Positions 29,127-38,857 of a DNA stretch of 64,000 nt are shown here, piece by piece. The DNA comes from a bacterium (lineage in GTDB: Bacteria > Patescibacteriota > Patescibacteriia > JACQRZ01): NCBI GenBank assembly GCA_023246095.1, contig JAHFJA010000003.1, positions 10,782 through 74,781 of the forward strand, written 5' to 3'. The translations under genes were made by a program, and so were the position numbers. The first letter of the stretch is position 1, and the number at the start of each line of letters is the position of its first letter. Below the pieces are notes generated by a model. The model did no database searches. It was not told the origin of the DNA and saw nothing but the letters and a program-made list of their open reading frames with translations.

Positions 29127-30485
29127 ATGGCTATGAAACTTCAATTTTGCGGCGGTGCACAGACAGTGACAGGCGCGTGCTATTATTTGGAAATAAATAC
29201 CCTCCATGTTCTTGTTGATTGTGGATTGTTTCAAGGTGAACATTTTGCGGAAAGCCGTAATGAAGAAAAATTTTTATTCGATCCTCGTGAGATTGATTAT
29301 GTTTTTCTGACCCACGCTCATGCTGATCATATCGGCCGTCTTCCAAAATTGGTAGACGATGGATTCAAAGGGATTATTATTGCGACTGCCCCGACGCGTG
29401 ATCTTGTTGAAGTTATGCTTGCCGATTCTGCAAAGGTGATGATGTATGAAGCCCAGGATCATGGGACCAAGCCGCTCTATACACAAGAAGACGTTGCGGC
29501 TACCATGCGCTTGTTTCGTACAGAAAATTATAATCAACTCATCGAACTTCCCGAAGCTACCAGTGTATATTTGCGCGATTCGGCCCATATTCTTGGATCT
29601 TGTATGGTGGAAATAAATGCAGATGACACGCGCATTGTGTTTACGGGTGATTTGGGTAATCCGCCTACACCACTTCTTGCCAATCCTTATTCACTTGAAC
29701 ACACTGATTATCTCGTGATGGAATCAGTCTATGGCGATCGTGTTCATGAAGGCGGCGAAGATCGAAAACTTAAACTTGAGCGACTTATTGAAGATACTTA
29801 TACAAAGAAAGGAGTGTTGATCATTCCCGCATTTGCATTGGAGCGTACTCAAGAACTCCTCGCTGAACTCAATGAACTCGTTGAGCATAATCGTGTGCCG
29901 GCCATGCCTATCTTTATTGATAGTCCCCTCGCGTATCATACGACCGAAGTATATAAAAAACATATTTCATTTTTTAATCCTGACGCACAAGCGATTATTC
30001 GATCAGGCGATGATCTTTTTAATGTGCCGGGTTTGAAATTTACGGTTACCCGCGAAGAGTCAAAAATGATCAACGATGTTCCTTCTCCGAAAATAATCAT
30101 TACCGGCAATCCTCATGGATATGGAAGTCGCATCTCACATCATTTTTTGCGATATTTGTCTGATCCGCGCAATACCGTTTTGTTTGTGGGATACCAACAG
30201 CCTGGCAGTATCGGACGCAAACTCGTTGAAGGGGAAAAAGAAGTAAGGGTGATGGACCATCCTATTACCGTGAATGCAAGTATTAGCCATATTACTGGAT
30301 ATTCTTCCCATGCCGACCAGAATCAACTGCGTGCGTTTTTGGAAAAATTACAAAAACCGATAAAGACCATTTTTGTTGCCATGGGAGAACCTCCCGCATC
30401 CAATGCTGTTGCACAAATTATTCGCGATGAAATGGGGGTCAACGCAGTGGTGCCACAATACGGTGCTGTGGTAGAATTAGACTAA
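29127..30485 (+). CDS. MBL-fold beta-CASP RNA metallo-hydrolase
   Basis: THAHADHIG, AHILGS, FTGDLG, MESVYG, PAFALERTQE, SSHAD. Confidence 0.93.
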   Translation: MAMKLQFCGGAQTVTGACYYLEINTLHVLVDCGLFQGEHFAESRNEEKFLFDPREIDYVFLTHAHADHIGRLPKLVDDGFKGIIIATAPTRDLVEVMLADSAKVMMYEAQDHGTKPLYTQEDVAATMRLFRTENYNQLIELPEATSVYLRDSAHILGSCMVEINADDTRIVFTGDLGNPPTPLLANPYSLEHTDYLVMESVYGDRVHEGGEDRKLKLERLIEDTYTKKGVLIIPAFALERTQELLAELNELVEHNRVPAMPIFIDSPLAYHTTEVYKKHISFFNPDAQAIIRSGDDLFNVPGLKFTVTREESKMINDVPSPKIIITGNPHGYGSRISHHFLRYLSDPRNTVLFVGYQQPGSIGRKLVEGEKEVRVMDHPITVNASISHITGYSSHADQNQLRAFLEKLQKPIKTIFVAMGEPPASNAVAQIIRDEMGVNAVVPQYGAVVELD

Positions 30486-30497
30486 TAAGAAAAATAC

Positions 30498-31157
30498 ATG
30501 CCTATACAAAAACTCATGCAGATGGTTGGTGCCGCCCCAAAGATTCGCGATACATATTTAAAATACAAAATTTGCGTGTCAGGATCGGCGGCGACAAACG
30601 GATGCGGAACTGAATCGCTTGAAACGGCGAAAGAGATTGGCAAACAAATCGTCATGCACAATGGTGTACTGGTGACTGGTGCAACGACCGGCATTCCTTA
30701 CTGGGCAGCGATTGGGGCTAAGGAGGCAGGCGGTATTAGTATTGGTTTTTCACCGGCTGCAACGGAGCTTGCTCACGTGAAGCAATACCGTCTTCCGGTT
30801 GACTACTTTGATCTTATCGTCTACACCGGATTTGAATATTCGGGACGCAACTTGATTCTGACCCGCAGTGCTGATGCGGTTATTATCGTATGCGGGCGCA
30901 TCGGCACCCTCAATGAATTCACTATCGCCTTTGAAGACCAAAAACCGATTGGTGTTTTGATAGGACAGGGGGGTACTGCTGATATGATAAAAACCATTGT
31001 TGAAAATAGTCACCGAGGGCAAGGGAAGATTGTGTATGATACTGACCCCAAAGCACTGGTGGAGCGCCTTATCGAGTTGATTGATCGAGAGAAAGTTGTA
31101 CCTATTCCAAAAGAAGCATACGCCACTGTAAAAACGGCAAAACGTAAACGAGGGTAA
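30498..31157 (+). CDS. LOG/SLOG-family Rossmann protein
   Basis: TGATTG, GRNLILTRSAD, GRIGTLNEF. Confidence 0.85.
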   Translation: MPIQKLMQMVGAAPKIRDTYLKYKICVSGSAATNGCGTESLETAKEIGKQIVMHNGVLVTGATTGIPYWAAIGAKEAGGISIGFSPAATELAHVKQYRLPVDYFDLIVYTGFEYSGRNLILTRSADAVIIVCGRIGTLNEFTIAFEDQKPIGVLIGQGGTADMIKTIVENSHRGQGKIVYDTDPKALVERLIELIDREKVVPIPKEAYATVKTAKRKRG

Positions 31158-31179
31158 GTGTTGTGTCTATAAGGATATT

Positions 31180-31629
31180 ATGAAAAAAGACATTATTGCC
31201 ATCGCCTCTGATCATGGAGGATTTCTCAGAAAGGAAATGTTGAAACGATACGTTGAATCGTTGGGTTTTATTGTTCATGATCTTGGCGCAACTATATATA
31301 ATGGAAAAGATGATTATCCTCAGTACGCATTTGCAGTGGCGGAAGAAGTGTCATCGAAACGTAATGTGCGAGGCATTTTGATATGTGGAAGCGGACAGGG
31401 TGTGTGTATTGCCGCCAATCGCGTAAAAGGCGTACGCGCTGCACTCGCTTGGAACATCGCTTCGGCGCAGGCAGGTCGTAATGATGATGATGTGAATATA
31501 CTGTGTCTCGGTGAACGATTGATTTCAGCAAAACAATCAAAAGATATCGTGAAAGTATGGTTGGAAACGCCGTTTTCAAAAGAGGCGAGATTTAAACGAA
31601 GGATAAAGAAAATTGATGAGAGGAGGTAG
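31180..31629 (+). CDS. rpiB: Ribose-5-phosphate isomerase B
   Basis: ASDHGG, DDYP, ICGSGQG, ANRVKGVRAA. Confidence 0.93.
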   Translation: MKKDIIAIASDHGGFLRKEMLKRYVESLGFIVHDLGATIYNGKDDYPQYAFAVAEEVSSKRNVRGILICGSGQGVCIAANRVKGVRAALAWNIASAQAGRNDDDVNILCLGERLISAKQSKDIVKVWLETPFSKEARFKRRIKKIDERR

Positions 31630-31658
31630 AAGACGGACCGAGACAGGTCTGTTTTTTG

Positions 31659-32174
31659 AAAAGAAAAAGACCCATCGACATCCATGTCTTTGGGTCTGGA
31701 GATTTGATCACCTCCTTTAAGCTTTAATTGCAACGAACTGGCCATCCTTGGCCGGTCTGTTTTGTTCGATGTAGATCATTACGTGATCTACAATCTGTTT
31801 TGTTTCTTTTTGTGGCCAATTCATTTTAATTTTTTTCATTTTTCTCTCCTTTAATGAAAAAATAATTGTAATTTTTTTATTCTATTCTTTCGAACCATCT
31901 GGCGACGGTACCGTACGTGACGATGTATCGCCAAATGGCTTGGAAGAATACATTCTTCTCTCGACTATGATGAAGGTAATAAGCGTGGAAGATAGGGAAA
32001 TACATGGATGGATTTTAACCCTTCATTCCACAAGATATGCCAGATAACCCCCGATACGGCGGTCGTAACCAACGTGTCAGGAATAGGGCATGGTTTTGTA
32101 CTCACTCCTCCTTCATCATGCTCGAGATAAGTTATTTGTCAATTTGTTTTCTGACCATCATATTGTTCACTTAC
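31659..32174 (-). ncRNA. Putative ~515-nt structured transcript (long structured leader + 40-aa sORF), unassigned
   Basis: Promoter TTGACA(32209-32204)-17-TATACT(32186-32181); stem 31959-31976/32110-32127; hairpin 31883-31950; terminator 31668-31697 + U-tract. Confidence 0.6.
31717..31839 (-). CDS. 40-aa small ORF (not in ORF track)
   Basis: AAAGGAG SD; MKKIKMNWPQKETKQIVDHVMIYIEQNRPAKDGQFVAIKA*. Confidence 0.55.
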   Translation of the reverse strand: MKKIKMNWPQKETKQIVDHVMIYIEQNRPAKDGQFVAIKA

Positions 32175-32281
32175 AAAGGAAGTATATCACGTATTGATAT
32201 GGATGTCAATAGTATTTATGACATAAAAGGCCATAATATTGCTGTTTCCCTATAAATATAGGGTATAATGAAGGTACACAT

Positions 32282-32905
32282 ATGAAATCATTGCCAAAAA
32301 GCATTACAAAACACATCATCCCTGCCCTTTTGACGCACTCAAAAGCAGAGTTTTTGAAGGAAATAGATATTGTGAAAAACGCTCATCCGAAGGCAAAACT
32401 CGTCCAATTGGACGTTGCGGATGGTAAATTTGTCCATAATACGACATGGGGAACACCTGCTCAAGTGAAATCGCTCCATCTAACGGTACCTTTTGAAGCT
32501 CATTTGATGGTTCAAAACCCCGAAAAAGCGTATAAATACTGGGTTCATGCGGGTGCTTCACGAATCGTTTTTCATTGTGAAACAACAAAAGACCCTATTT
32601 TCCTTGCAAAAGCGATAAAAACAGCAGGCGTAAAGCCTATAATGGCGATCGATCCAGAGACAAAAATTGACCTTGAACCATTGATTTTAAAGGAAATCTA
32701 TGGTATACTGGTCATGGGTGTACATCCGGGATTTGGTGGCCAGACGATGGTTGCAGGCACCATGAAAAGGATCCGTACATTACGAAAAAAATACCCCCGA
32801 CTCCGTATTGGTGTTGATGGAGGGGTGAATATAAAAAATGCACAAAAACTTCTCGATGCTGGCGCAACTGAGCTGGTTATGGGAAGTGCATATTTCAAAC
32901 TATGA
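32282..32905 (+). CDS. rpe: Ribulose-phosphate 3-epimerase
   Basis: LDVADGKFVHN, EAHLMV, MGVHPGFGGQ, VDGGVN. Confidence 0.93.
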   Translation: MKSLPKSITKHIIPALLTHSKAEFLKEIDIVKNAHPKAKLVQLDVADGKFVHNTTWGTPAQVKSLHLTVPFEAHLMVQNPEKAYKYWVHAGASRIVFHCETTKDPIFLAKAIKTAGVKPIMAIDPETKIDLEPLILKEIYGILVMGVHPGFGGQTMVAGTMKRIRTLRKKYPRLRIGVDGGVNIKNAQKLLDAGATELVMGSAYFKL

Positions 32906-33609
32906 AGAAAATTTCTGTTGTTATTCCTGCATATAATGAAGAGCGCTATATTGGCGCGACTCTTGATGCTCTTTTGCGTCAGGATTTTAACCGTGAAGAT
33001 TTTGAAATTATTGTCGTCGATAACGCGAGTGACGATTTGACTGCTAGTGTTGCCAATGTGCATGGCGCTGATCGTGTGCTTAGCGAGATGCGACGAGGAA
33101 CCAATCGAGCACGACAAACTGGTGTAGAAGCCAGCGAGGGAGAGATTATCGCATTTTTGGACGCTGATTGTTCGCCGGGTCCGCAGTGGCTCTCTCGTAT
33201 TTGGGAATATTTTCAACAAGATCGTACTCGCATGGTCGCGGTGGCAGGGCCGTATGAATATACCGATGATCCTCGTTTACACTTTATGATATTTCAACGC
33301 ATCGCATGGCGTGTCGTGTTTCCGTTGGTAAGCGTTGTTATGGGCCGTATGTTCGGTCGCGGGGGAGTTATGCTTGGGGGCAATTTTGCTACTCCTCGCA
33401 AACACCTTGATTCGCTTCACGGTCTTGATACAACCTATGAATTTTTTGGCGATGATGCCAGTATCGCGCGAAGTTTTGGAAAGATCGGGTATGTAAAACT
33501 TGATTCGAGCCTTACCGTGGAAAGCTCAGCGCGTCGATATCAGAGAGAAGGTTTGATTCACACCAACTGGAACTACATTACGAACTATTTCAAAGTGATG
33601 ATGCGATAG
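32902..33609 (+). CDS. GT2 glycosyltransferase
   Basis: VVIPAYNEE, VDNASDD, FLDADC, SARRY. Confidence 0.9.
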   Translation: MKKISVVIPAYNEERYIGATLDALLRQDFNREDFEIIVVDNASDDLTASVANVHGADRVLSEMRRGTNRARQTGVEASEGEIIAFLDADCSPGPQWLSRIWEYFQQDRTRMVAVAGPYEYTDDPRLHFMIFQRIAWRVVFPLVSVVMGRMFGRGGVMLGGNFATPRKHLDSLHGLDTTYEFFGDDASIARSFGKIGYVKLDSSLTVESSARRYQREGLIHTNWNYITNYFKVMMR

Positions 33610-33627
33610 TGATTTGATACTAAAAAC

Positions 33628-33714
33628 CGTGAATATTGAGCCAAATCTGGCATATATTCACGATTTATTGACAAAATACCGTGAATGTGCTATAGTATAG
33701 CTATATCATTCACG
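33628..33714 (+). promoter_or_regulatory. fic promoter overlapped by two palindromic operators
   Basis: TTGACA(33668)-17-TATAGT; CGTGAAT-N21-ATTCACG at 33628-33662 and 33680-33714. Confidence 0.7.
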
Positions 33715-33719
33715 ATTTT

Positions 33720-34610
33720 ATGGCTCTTTCCTTAGCGTTTCAGAAGAAAATCGATACACTAAAAAAAGAATATGACACCCTGCGCATCGGCAAGGGTGAT
33801 CTTTTGCGTTTGCTGGATGAGTCGGAATTGCCCGAAAGCGTGTTTAACTCCAACGCGATTGAAAACTCGACGTTGACGTTGCGCGAAACAGAAAAGATCT
33901 TGCTTGAAATGGAAGTGTCTCGTGATGTATCGGTGCGAGAAGTGTTTGAAGCAAAAAATCTTGCCCGTATTATGGGGTATATTCAAAAGAAAACAGCAGA
34001 AAAAGATGTCGATAAGGAACTCATTTTGTTTTTGCACCAGATGCTTATCGGCGGAATCAACGATGACATTGCAGGGCGGTTTCGCGCGAAAGGAGAATAC
34101 GTGCGCGTGGGGACATACATCGCTCCTGCTCCGGAAAAGATTGACGGTATGATCGATGATTTACTGACAACGTGGCGCACAAGCACTGGATATGTGGTCG
34201 ATCGCATTGCGCAATTTCATCTGGAGTTTGAAACAATCCACCCATTCATAGACGGTAACGGTCGCATGGGGCGCATACTGATGAATTACCAGCTCACGCG
34301 ATTGGGATTTCCCAATATTATTATCCGCGATAAAGAGAAGCGCGAGTATTACGCTATTTTTGCGCCGTATCGCACACGAAAAAACACGGCATATTTGGAA
34401 CGTATCCTCGCACTTGCGTTGATGGAATCATTTCATCGTCGGCTTGCATATCTCAAAGGATTTTCGATCGTTACGTTAGCCGAACATGCAAAAGAAAAGC
34501 GAATGTCTTTGTCTGCACTGCTTAACATGGCAAAACGGCAGACCACGCCGGCATTTCGTGAGCGCGGGGTGTGGAAGATCGGGGTGAAGACGGGAAAGAG
34601 GGGGAAATAA
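33720..34610 (+). CDS. Fic-domain protein (class II) with C-terminal HTH-like domain
   Basis: HPFIDGNGRMGR; N-terminal inhibitory SNAIEN. Confidence 0.93.
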   Translation: MALSLAFQKKIDTLKKEYDTLRIGKGDLLRLLDESELPESVFNSNAIENSTLTLRETEKILLEMEVSRDVSVREVFEAKNLARIMGYIQKKTAEKDVDKELILFLHQMLIGGINDDIAGRFRAKGEYVRVGTYIAPAPEKIDGMIDDLLTTWRTSTGYVVDRIAQFHLEFETIHPFIDGNGRMGRILMNYQLTRLGFPNIIIRDKEKREYYAIFAPYRTRKNTAYLERILALALMESFHRRLAYLKGFSIVTLAEHAKEKRMSLSALLNMAKRQTTPAFRERGVWKIGVKTGKRGK

Positions 34611-34650
34611 TAAAAGTGAGAAACATTGTTTTTGTTTCTCACTTTTATTA
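34608..34650. terminator. Bidirectional terminator
   Basis: TAATAAAAGTGAGAAACA...TGTTTCTCACTTTTATTA. Confidence 0.75.
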
Positions 34651-34659
34651 TTTACTTAA

Positions 34660-35259
34660 TTAATCGTCTGCCCAATCAACTGTTACATTTTTAAATGCGG
34701 AGAAATCTCTTGCTGCCAATTTTCCGCTTTCGCCGTGGTTTCCCCACCATGTTGTGTATGTTCCAACAGGTGCATGCTCTACAAACACTAGACCTTTACA
34801 TGGGAAATCTTGATTTAAACCTTCTTCGTTTGTTACTCCTTCTACACTTGCAACACTGAGGTCTCCTCTGTATCCATCTTCTGTATATGAGGCGGCAACC
34901 GTTTTTGGTACTGTGAAGTACTGAAGATAGTTTTGGGCGTCACTAATCCATTTAGGGTCTGTGATTTCAAGAAACCTTTGGGTTAATAAATTATCTTTGA
35001 TAATGAATTCTTCATTAAAGTATAATCCATCAGGCATTAATGAAAAATTTTCTTTGATCCAAGGGGTCAATATTTTTTCGTATGGATCCTCAGTATATGA
35101 ATCCTGGTCACTTAGTTGAATTCCTTCAAACCAAAATCCATACAATTCGCCTTTTTCAGGACAGCCCCATATTACTTTAGGTTTATTGTAATGATACTTG
35201 ACTTCATTCAATAAGGCCTTAACAATTTCAGGGGTAATTAAAGTAGCTGTTTTATTCAT
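34660..35259 (-). CDS. Hypothetical protein (solo cassette)
   Basis: TTGACT(35346)-17-TATACT; GAGGAG SD before ATG 35259. Confidence 0.75.
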   Translation of the reverse strand: MNKTATLITPEIVKALLNEVKYHYNKPKVIWGCPEKGELYGFWFEGIQLSDQDSYTEDPYEKILTPWIKENFSLMPDGLYFNEEFIIKDNLLTQRFLEITDPKWISDAQNYLQYFTVPKTVAASYTEDGYRGDLSVASVEGVTNEEGLNQDFPCKGLVFVEHAPVGTYTTWWGNHGESGKLAARDFSAFKNVTVDWADD

Positions 35260-35536
35260 TTTTCTTTCTCCTCGGTTCACGATCCGAAAACGCTTAAAAT
35301 TGTAATTAACTAATATAAGTATAGCATAAAACTCAAGATAAGTCAAGCGTTTTATGGACATTTATATCCTTATAAATATAAGCTTTTTAGACGTATACTG
35401 GGTTTACTTGTAAATATAAGGAGAAACAGTATTTTATGGCTATTTTTGTCGAAAATAGGGGTAAAACAGGTAATTCAATAAAATAGCCCTTTTCTCTGTT
35501 TTTGCGTATACTATAAAGATCAATACCCTTACTCCC

Positions 35537-36394
35537 ATGCTCCTCCATGATAAAAAACTAAAAATCCTCGAAGAAAAGGCAAACGAGATCCGCAAAGATA
35601 TCATCAAAATGCTTGAGCATGCTGGTTCGGGGCATTCTGCCGGACCTTTAGGTATGGCGGATATTTTTACCGCGTTATATTTCCATGTTTTGCATCATAA
35701 TCCCAAAAAGCCCAATTGGCCGGAACGTGATCGCTTGGTGCTTTCAAACGGACATATTTGTCCAGTGCGGTATGTGACAATGGCGCATGCGGGGTATTTT
35801 CCTAAAAAAGAATTGATGACGTTGCGCCAGCTCGGGTCGCGTTTGCAGGGGCATCCGGAGAGGTCAATGCTTCCAGGACTTGAGACGAGCAATGGTCCTC
35901 TTGGTCAAGGACTTTCACAGGCAGTCGGTATGGCATTAGCAGGGCGCATGGACAAGAAAAAATATCACGTGTATTGCGCGATGAGTGATGGTGAACATCA
36001 GGAGGGACAAACGTGGGAGGCGGTCATGGCGGCGGGGAAGTACAAACTACGCAATCTTACGGGAATTCTTGATCGCAATAATATCCAGATTGATGGATAT
36101 ACAGAAGATGTGATGCCGTTGGAGTCATTGGCTGATAAGTACAAGGCATTTGGGTGGCATGTGCTTGAGATCGATGGGCACAATATGCGAGCATTTGTTG
36201 ACGCATGCGAAGAGGCAAAAACAATTTATGAAAAACCAACGATCATCATCGCGCACACCATTCCGGGACGCGGGGTGAGCTATATGGAAAATGATTATCT
36301 CTGGCATGGCAATCCGCCCAACGCAGAACAAGCGAGGCAAGCGCTTTCTGAATTACGGACATTGGGAGGGAAGATTGAAAGTGAACATCAATAA
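35537..36394 (+). CDS. Transketolase, N-terminal subunit
   Basis: GSGH, DRLVLSNGH, LQGHP, SDGEHQEG, WHG. Confidence 0.95.
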   Translation: MLLHDKKLKILEEKANEIRKDIIKMLEHAGSGHSAGPLGMADIFTALYFHVLHHNPKKPNWPERDRLVLSNGHICPVRYVTMAHAGYFPKKELMTLRQLGSRLQGHPERSMLPGLETSNGPLGQGLSQAVGMALAGRMDKKKYHVYCAMSDGEHQEGQTWEAVMAAGKYKLRNLTGILDRNNIQIDGYTEDVMPLESLADKYKAFGWHVLEIDGHNMRAFVDACEEAKTIYEKPTIIIAHTIPGRGVSYMENDYLWHGNPPNAEQARQALSELRTLGGKIESEHQ

Positions 36395-36395
36395 T

Positions 36396-37382
36396 ATGTT
36401 CAACAAAGATCTTCATCTCAATCCTCACCTTTTCGACGCCGATGTCGAACAAATCCCTACGCGCAATGGGTATGGCGATGGGCTTTTAATACTGGGCGAG
36501 AAAAATAAAAACGTTGTCGTCTTGACAGCAGACTTAGCAGAATCCACTCGTGTTTTAAAATTTGGAGAAAAATATCCTGAACGTTTTATCGAATGCGGCG
36601 TGGCAGAACAAAACATGATGAGTATGGCGTCTGGTTTGGCGCTATCGGGAAAAATTCCATTTGTGTCTAGCTACGCAGTATTTAATCCGGGACGCAATTG
36701 GGATCAGTTGCGTGTCAGTGTTTGTGTTAATAATGCAAACGTAAAAGTTGTCGGTGCACATGCGGGGATTTCGGTGGGTCCCGATGGGATGACACATCAA
36801 GCGCTGGAAGACATTGCAATTACACGCGTACTACCACGCATGATTGTTGTCGTTCCTTGTGACTACGAAGAAACAAAAAAAGCAACGATTGCTCTCGGAG
36901 AGTTGGTCGGTCCTACGTACTTCCGTTTTGCTCGTGAAAAAACTCCTGTGATTACGACATCCGAAACGTCGTTCAATATCGGCCAAGCGGAAGTTTTGAT
37001 AAAAGGAAAAGATGTTTCAATTTTTGCATCAGGGCCTTTGCTATATCAAGCTCTTGTGGCGGCAAAGATGCTCAAATCAAAAGGTATCTCTGTTGAGGTC
37101 ATCAACAATCACACCATAAAACCACTGGATGAAAAGACACTTATTGCATCCGCAAAGAAGACTCGCGCGGTCGTGACCGTGGAAGAACATCAAATCATGG
37201 GCGGAGCAGGAAGTGCGGTTGCCGAGCTCCTAGCGCAAAAGTATCCTGTTCCTGTTGAAATGATCGGAATGCCTAATTCATTTGGTGAATCCGGAAAACC
37301 ACTTGAACTTATTGCCAAATATGGTATGGATACCCCTGCTATTATCAAAGCTATTACTCGCGTACTGAAACGCAAAGCATAA
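36396..37382 (+). CDS. Transketolase, C-terminal subunit
   Basis: ECGVAEQN, GPDGMTHQALED, IKPLD, VEEHQ. Confidence 0.95.
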   Translation: MFNKDLHLNPHLFDADVEQIPTRNGYGDGLLILGEKNKNVVVLTADLAESTRVLKFGEKYPERFIECGVAEQNMMSMASGLALSGKIPFVSSYAVFNPGRNWDQLRVSVCVNNANVKVVGAHAGISVGPDGMTHQALEDIAITRVLPRMIVVVPCDYEETKKATIALGELVGPTYFRFAREKTPVITTSETSFNIGQAEVLIKGKDVSIFASGPLLYQALVAAKMLKSKGISVEVINNHTIKPLDEKTLIASAKKTRAVVTVEEHQIMGGAGSAVAELLAQKYPVPVEMIGMPNSFGESGKPLELIAKYGMDTPAIIKAITRVLKRKA

Positions 37383-37400
37383 TTTTAAGTTATCGGTTGT

Positions 37401-38138
37401 ATGTCACATCTTCATTTCCCTGATGGAATTTTGCCTATTTGGCTATGGGTGAGCGCGTATGCGGTAGTCGCGGTGTTGTTGGCTCTTTCTTTGTGGTATC
37501 TTTCGCGTAAAGACATTGCTCGAAAAATTCCCTTGATCGGCGTGTTGTCTGCAATGATGATTGTGGGGATGTCGTTTGAAATCATTGCTTTGGCGTATCA
37601 CATCAATCTTGCTGTTCCTACTGCCATTCTGTTAGGACCTGCGGGGACGTTGGTAGCCGCGTTTGTTACCAATTTTTTTCTCGCACTATTTGGTCACGGG
37701 GGAATAACAGTTGTAGGTCTCAATACTCTCATGCTGGCTATAGAAGGAATACTTGGATACTTTCTATTTTATTACGTCATTCGTGTGTCATCGTTGTTTT
37801 GGCGCGCAGCGAGTGCGACATTTATAGCATTAATGATATCGAGTGTGCTGGCAATTGGTATAACTGTCTGGGTGGCGCCCCAAGAATTGTCCAAACATGA
37901 GACAGGAGGCAACGGTATCCTTCGTCTAGAATTATTCATTCCTCAGTCGTCCGAAGGAGTGACATCGGAAATAGTTCCATCAACACAAGAGCAAAAAAAG
38001 GCAGACATAAAGCGGTTTATTGAAATATCTTTGACGCTTGGTGCGATTGGTTGGGTATTGGAAAGTTTGTTATCGGGATTTGTAGTTTCTTATATTGGTC
38101 GAGTCAAACCGGATCTTATTACTATGAAACGACGATAG
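37401..38138 (+). CDS. cbiM: ECF Co/Ni transporter substrate component (CbiM/NikM)
   Basis: N-terminal HLHFPDG; GHGGITVVGLN. Confidence 0.85.
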   Translation: MSHLHFPDGILPIWLWVSAYAVVAVLLALSLWYLSRKDIARKIPLIGVLSAMMIVGMSFEIIALAYHINLAVPTAILLGPAGTLVAAFVTNFFLALFGHGGITVVGLNTLMLAIEGILGYFLFYYVIRVSSLFWRAASATFIALMISSVLAIGITVWVAPQELSKHETGGNGILRLELFIPQSSEGVTSEIVPSTQEQKKADIKRFIEISLTLGAIGWVLESLLSGFVVSYIGRVKPDLITMKRR

Positions 38139-38140
38139 TT

Positions 38141-38851
38141 ATGTCTGTTGCATCACTTGATTATTATGCATACCACTCAGATAGCACGTTTTCGCGTGCG
38201 AGTGTTTGGGTAAAGTTATTACTTATTGTCGTTGTCGTGACGGGTATAGTCACGGGCAACGATATTCGTTTTTTGTTGTCGCTGTATGTGCTAACGCTGG
38301 CGGCACTGGTTGTCGCGAGTGAACAATCTTTTTTTGAACTATTTGCCACTTCGCTGTACCCGCTGATTTTTGCCGTCATTCTTGTTGTGGGGTTTTATGG
38401 ATTTAATCTCTCAATATTTTTTATTATTGCGTGTAAGGTGCTTGCGGCAAGTACGATTATGCTTGCTGTTCTTTCGACAACACCCTATCCGGCATTGTTT
38501 CGAGCGCTTGGATTTGTTATCACGCCGTTGTTGTCATCAATCATGATGCTCACCTATCGTTCATTTTTTCTTCTCATCAATGTGTTTACTGAAAGCTACG
38601 CGATGGTGCGTTTGCGAGGAGGTATAATGGCAACTCGTCCTATTCGGAGTTTGAAAAATCTTGCTTCGATAGTTGCGTTGACATTGGTTCGCGCTATCGA
38701 GCTGTCGGAAGTGCAATATGAATCCATGCGATTGCGCGGATTTTCAGGCTGTATGTACTATACTCCCCGAAAAAAGGCTTTACCAAGAGCGACGTTCGCG
38801 CTATTGTGTCTGTCAGCAGTTATCGCTATTATAGCTGTTCTTGCTTATTAG
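38141..38851 (+). CDS. cbiQ: ECF transmembrane component (CbiQ-like)
   Basis: STTPY, RLRG and MRLRGF motifs. Confidence 0.8.
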   Translation: MSVASLDYYAYHSDSTFSRASVWVKLLLIVVVVTGIVTGNDIRFLLSLYVLTLAALVVASEQSFFELFATSLYPLIFAVILVVGFYGFNLSIFFIIACKVLAASTIMLAVLSTTPYPALFRALGFVITPLLSSIMMLTYRSFFLLINVFTESYAMVRLRGGIMATRPIRSLKNLASIVALTLVRAIELSEVQYESMRLRGFSGCMYYTPRKKALPRATFALLCLSAVIAIIAVLAY

Positions 38852-38857
38852 TATTGT

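Noticed and set aside
31700-31720. 16S rRNA gene fragment
   Set aside because: Only 13 nt match; the flanks do not resemble helix 45 or a spacer
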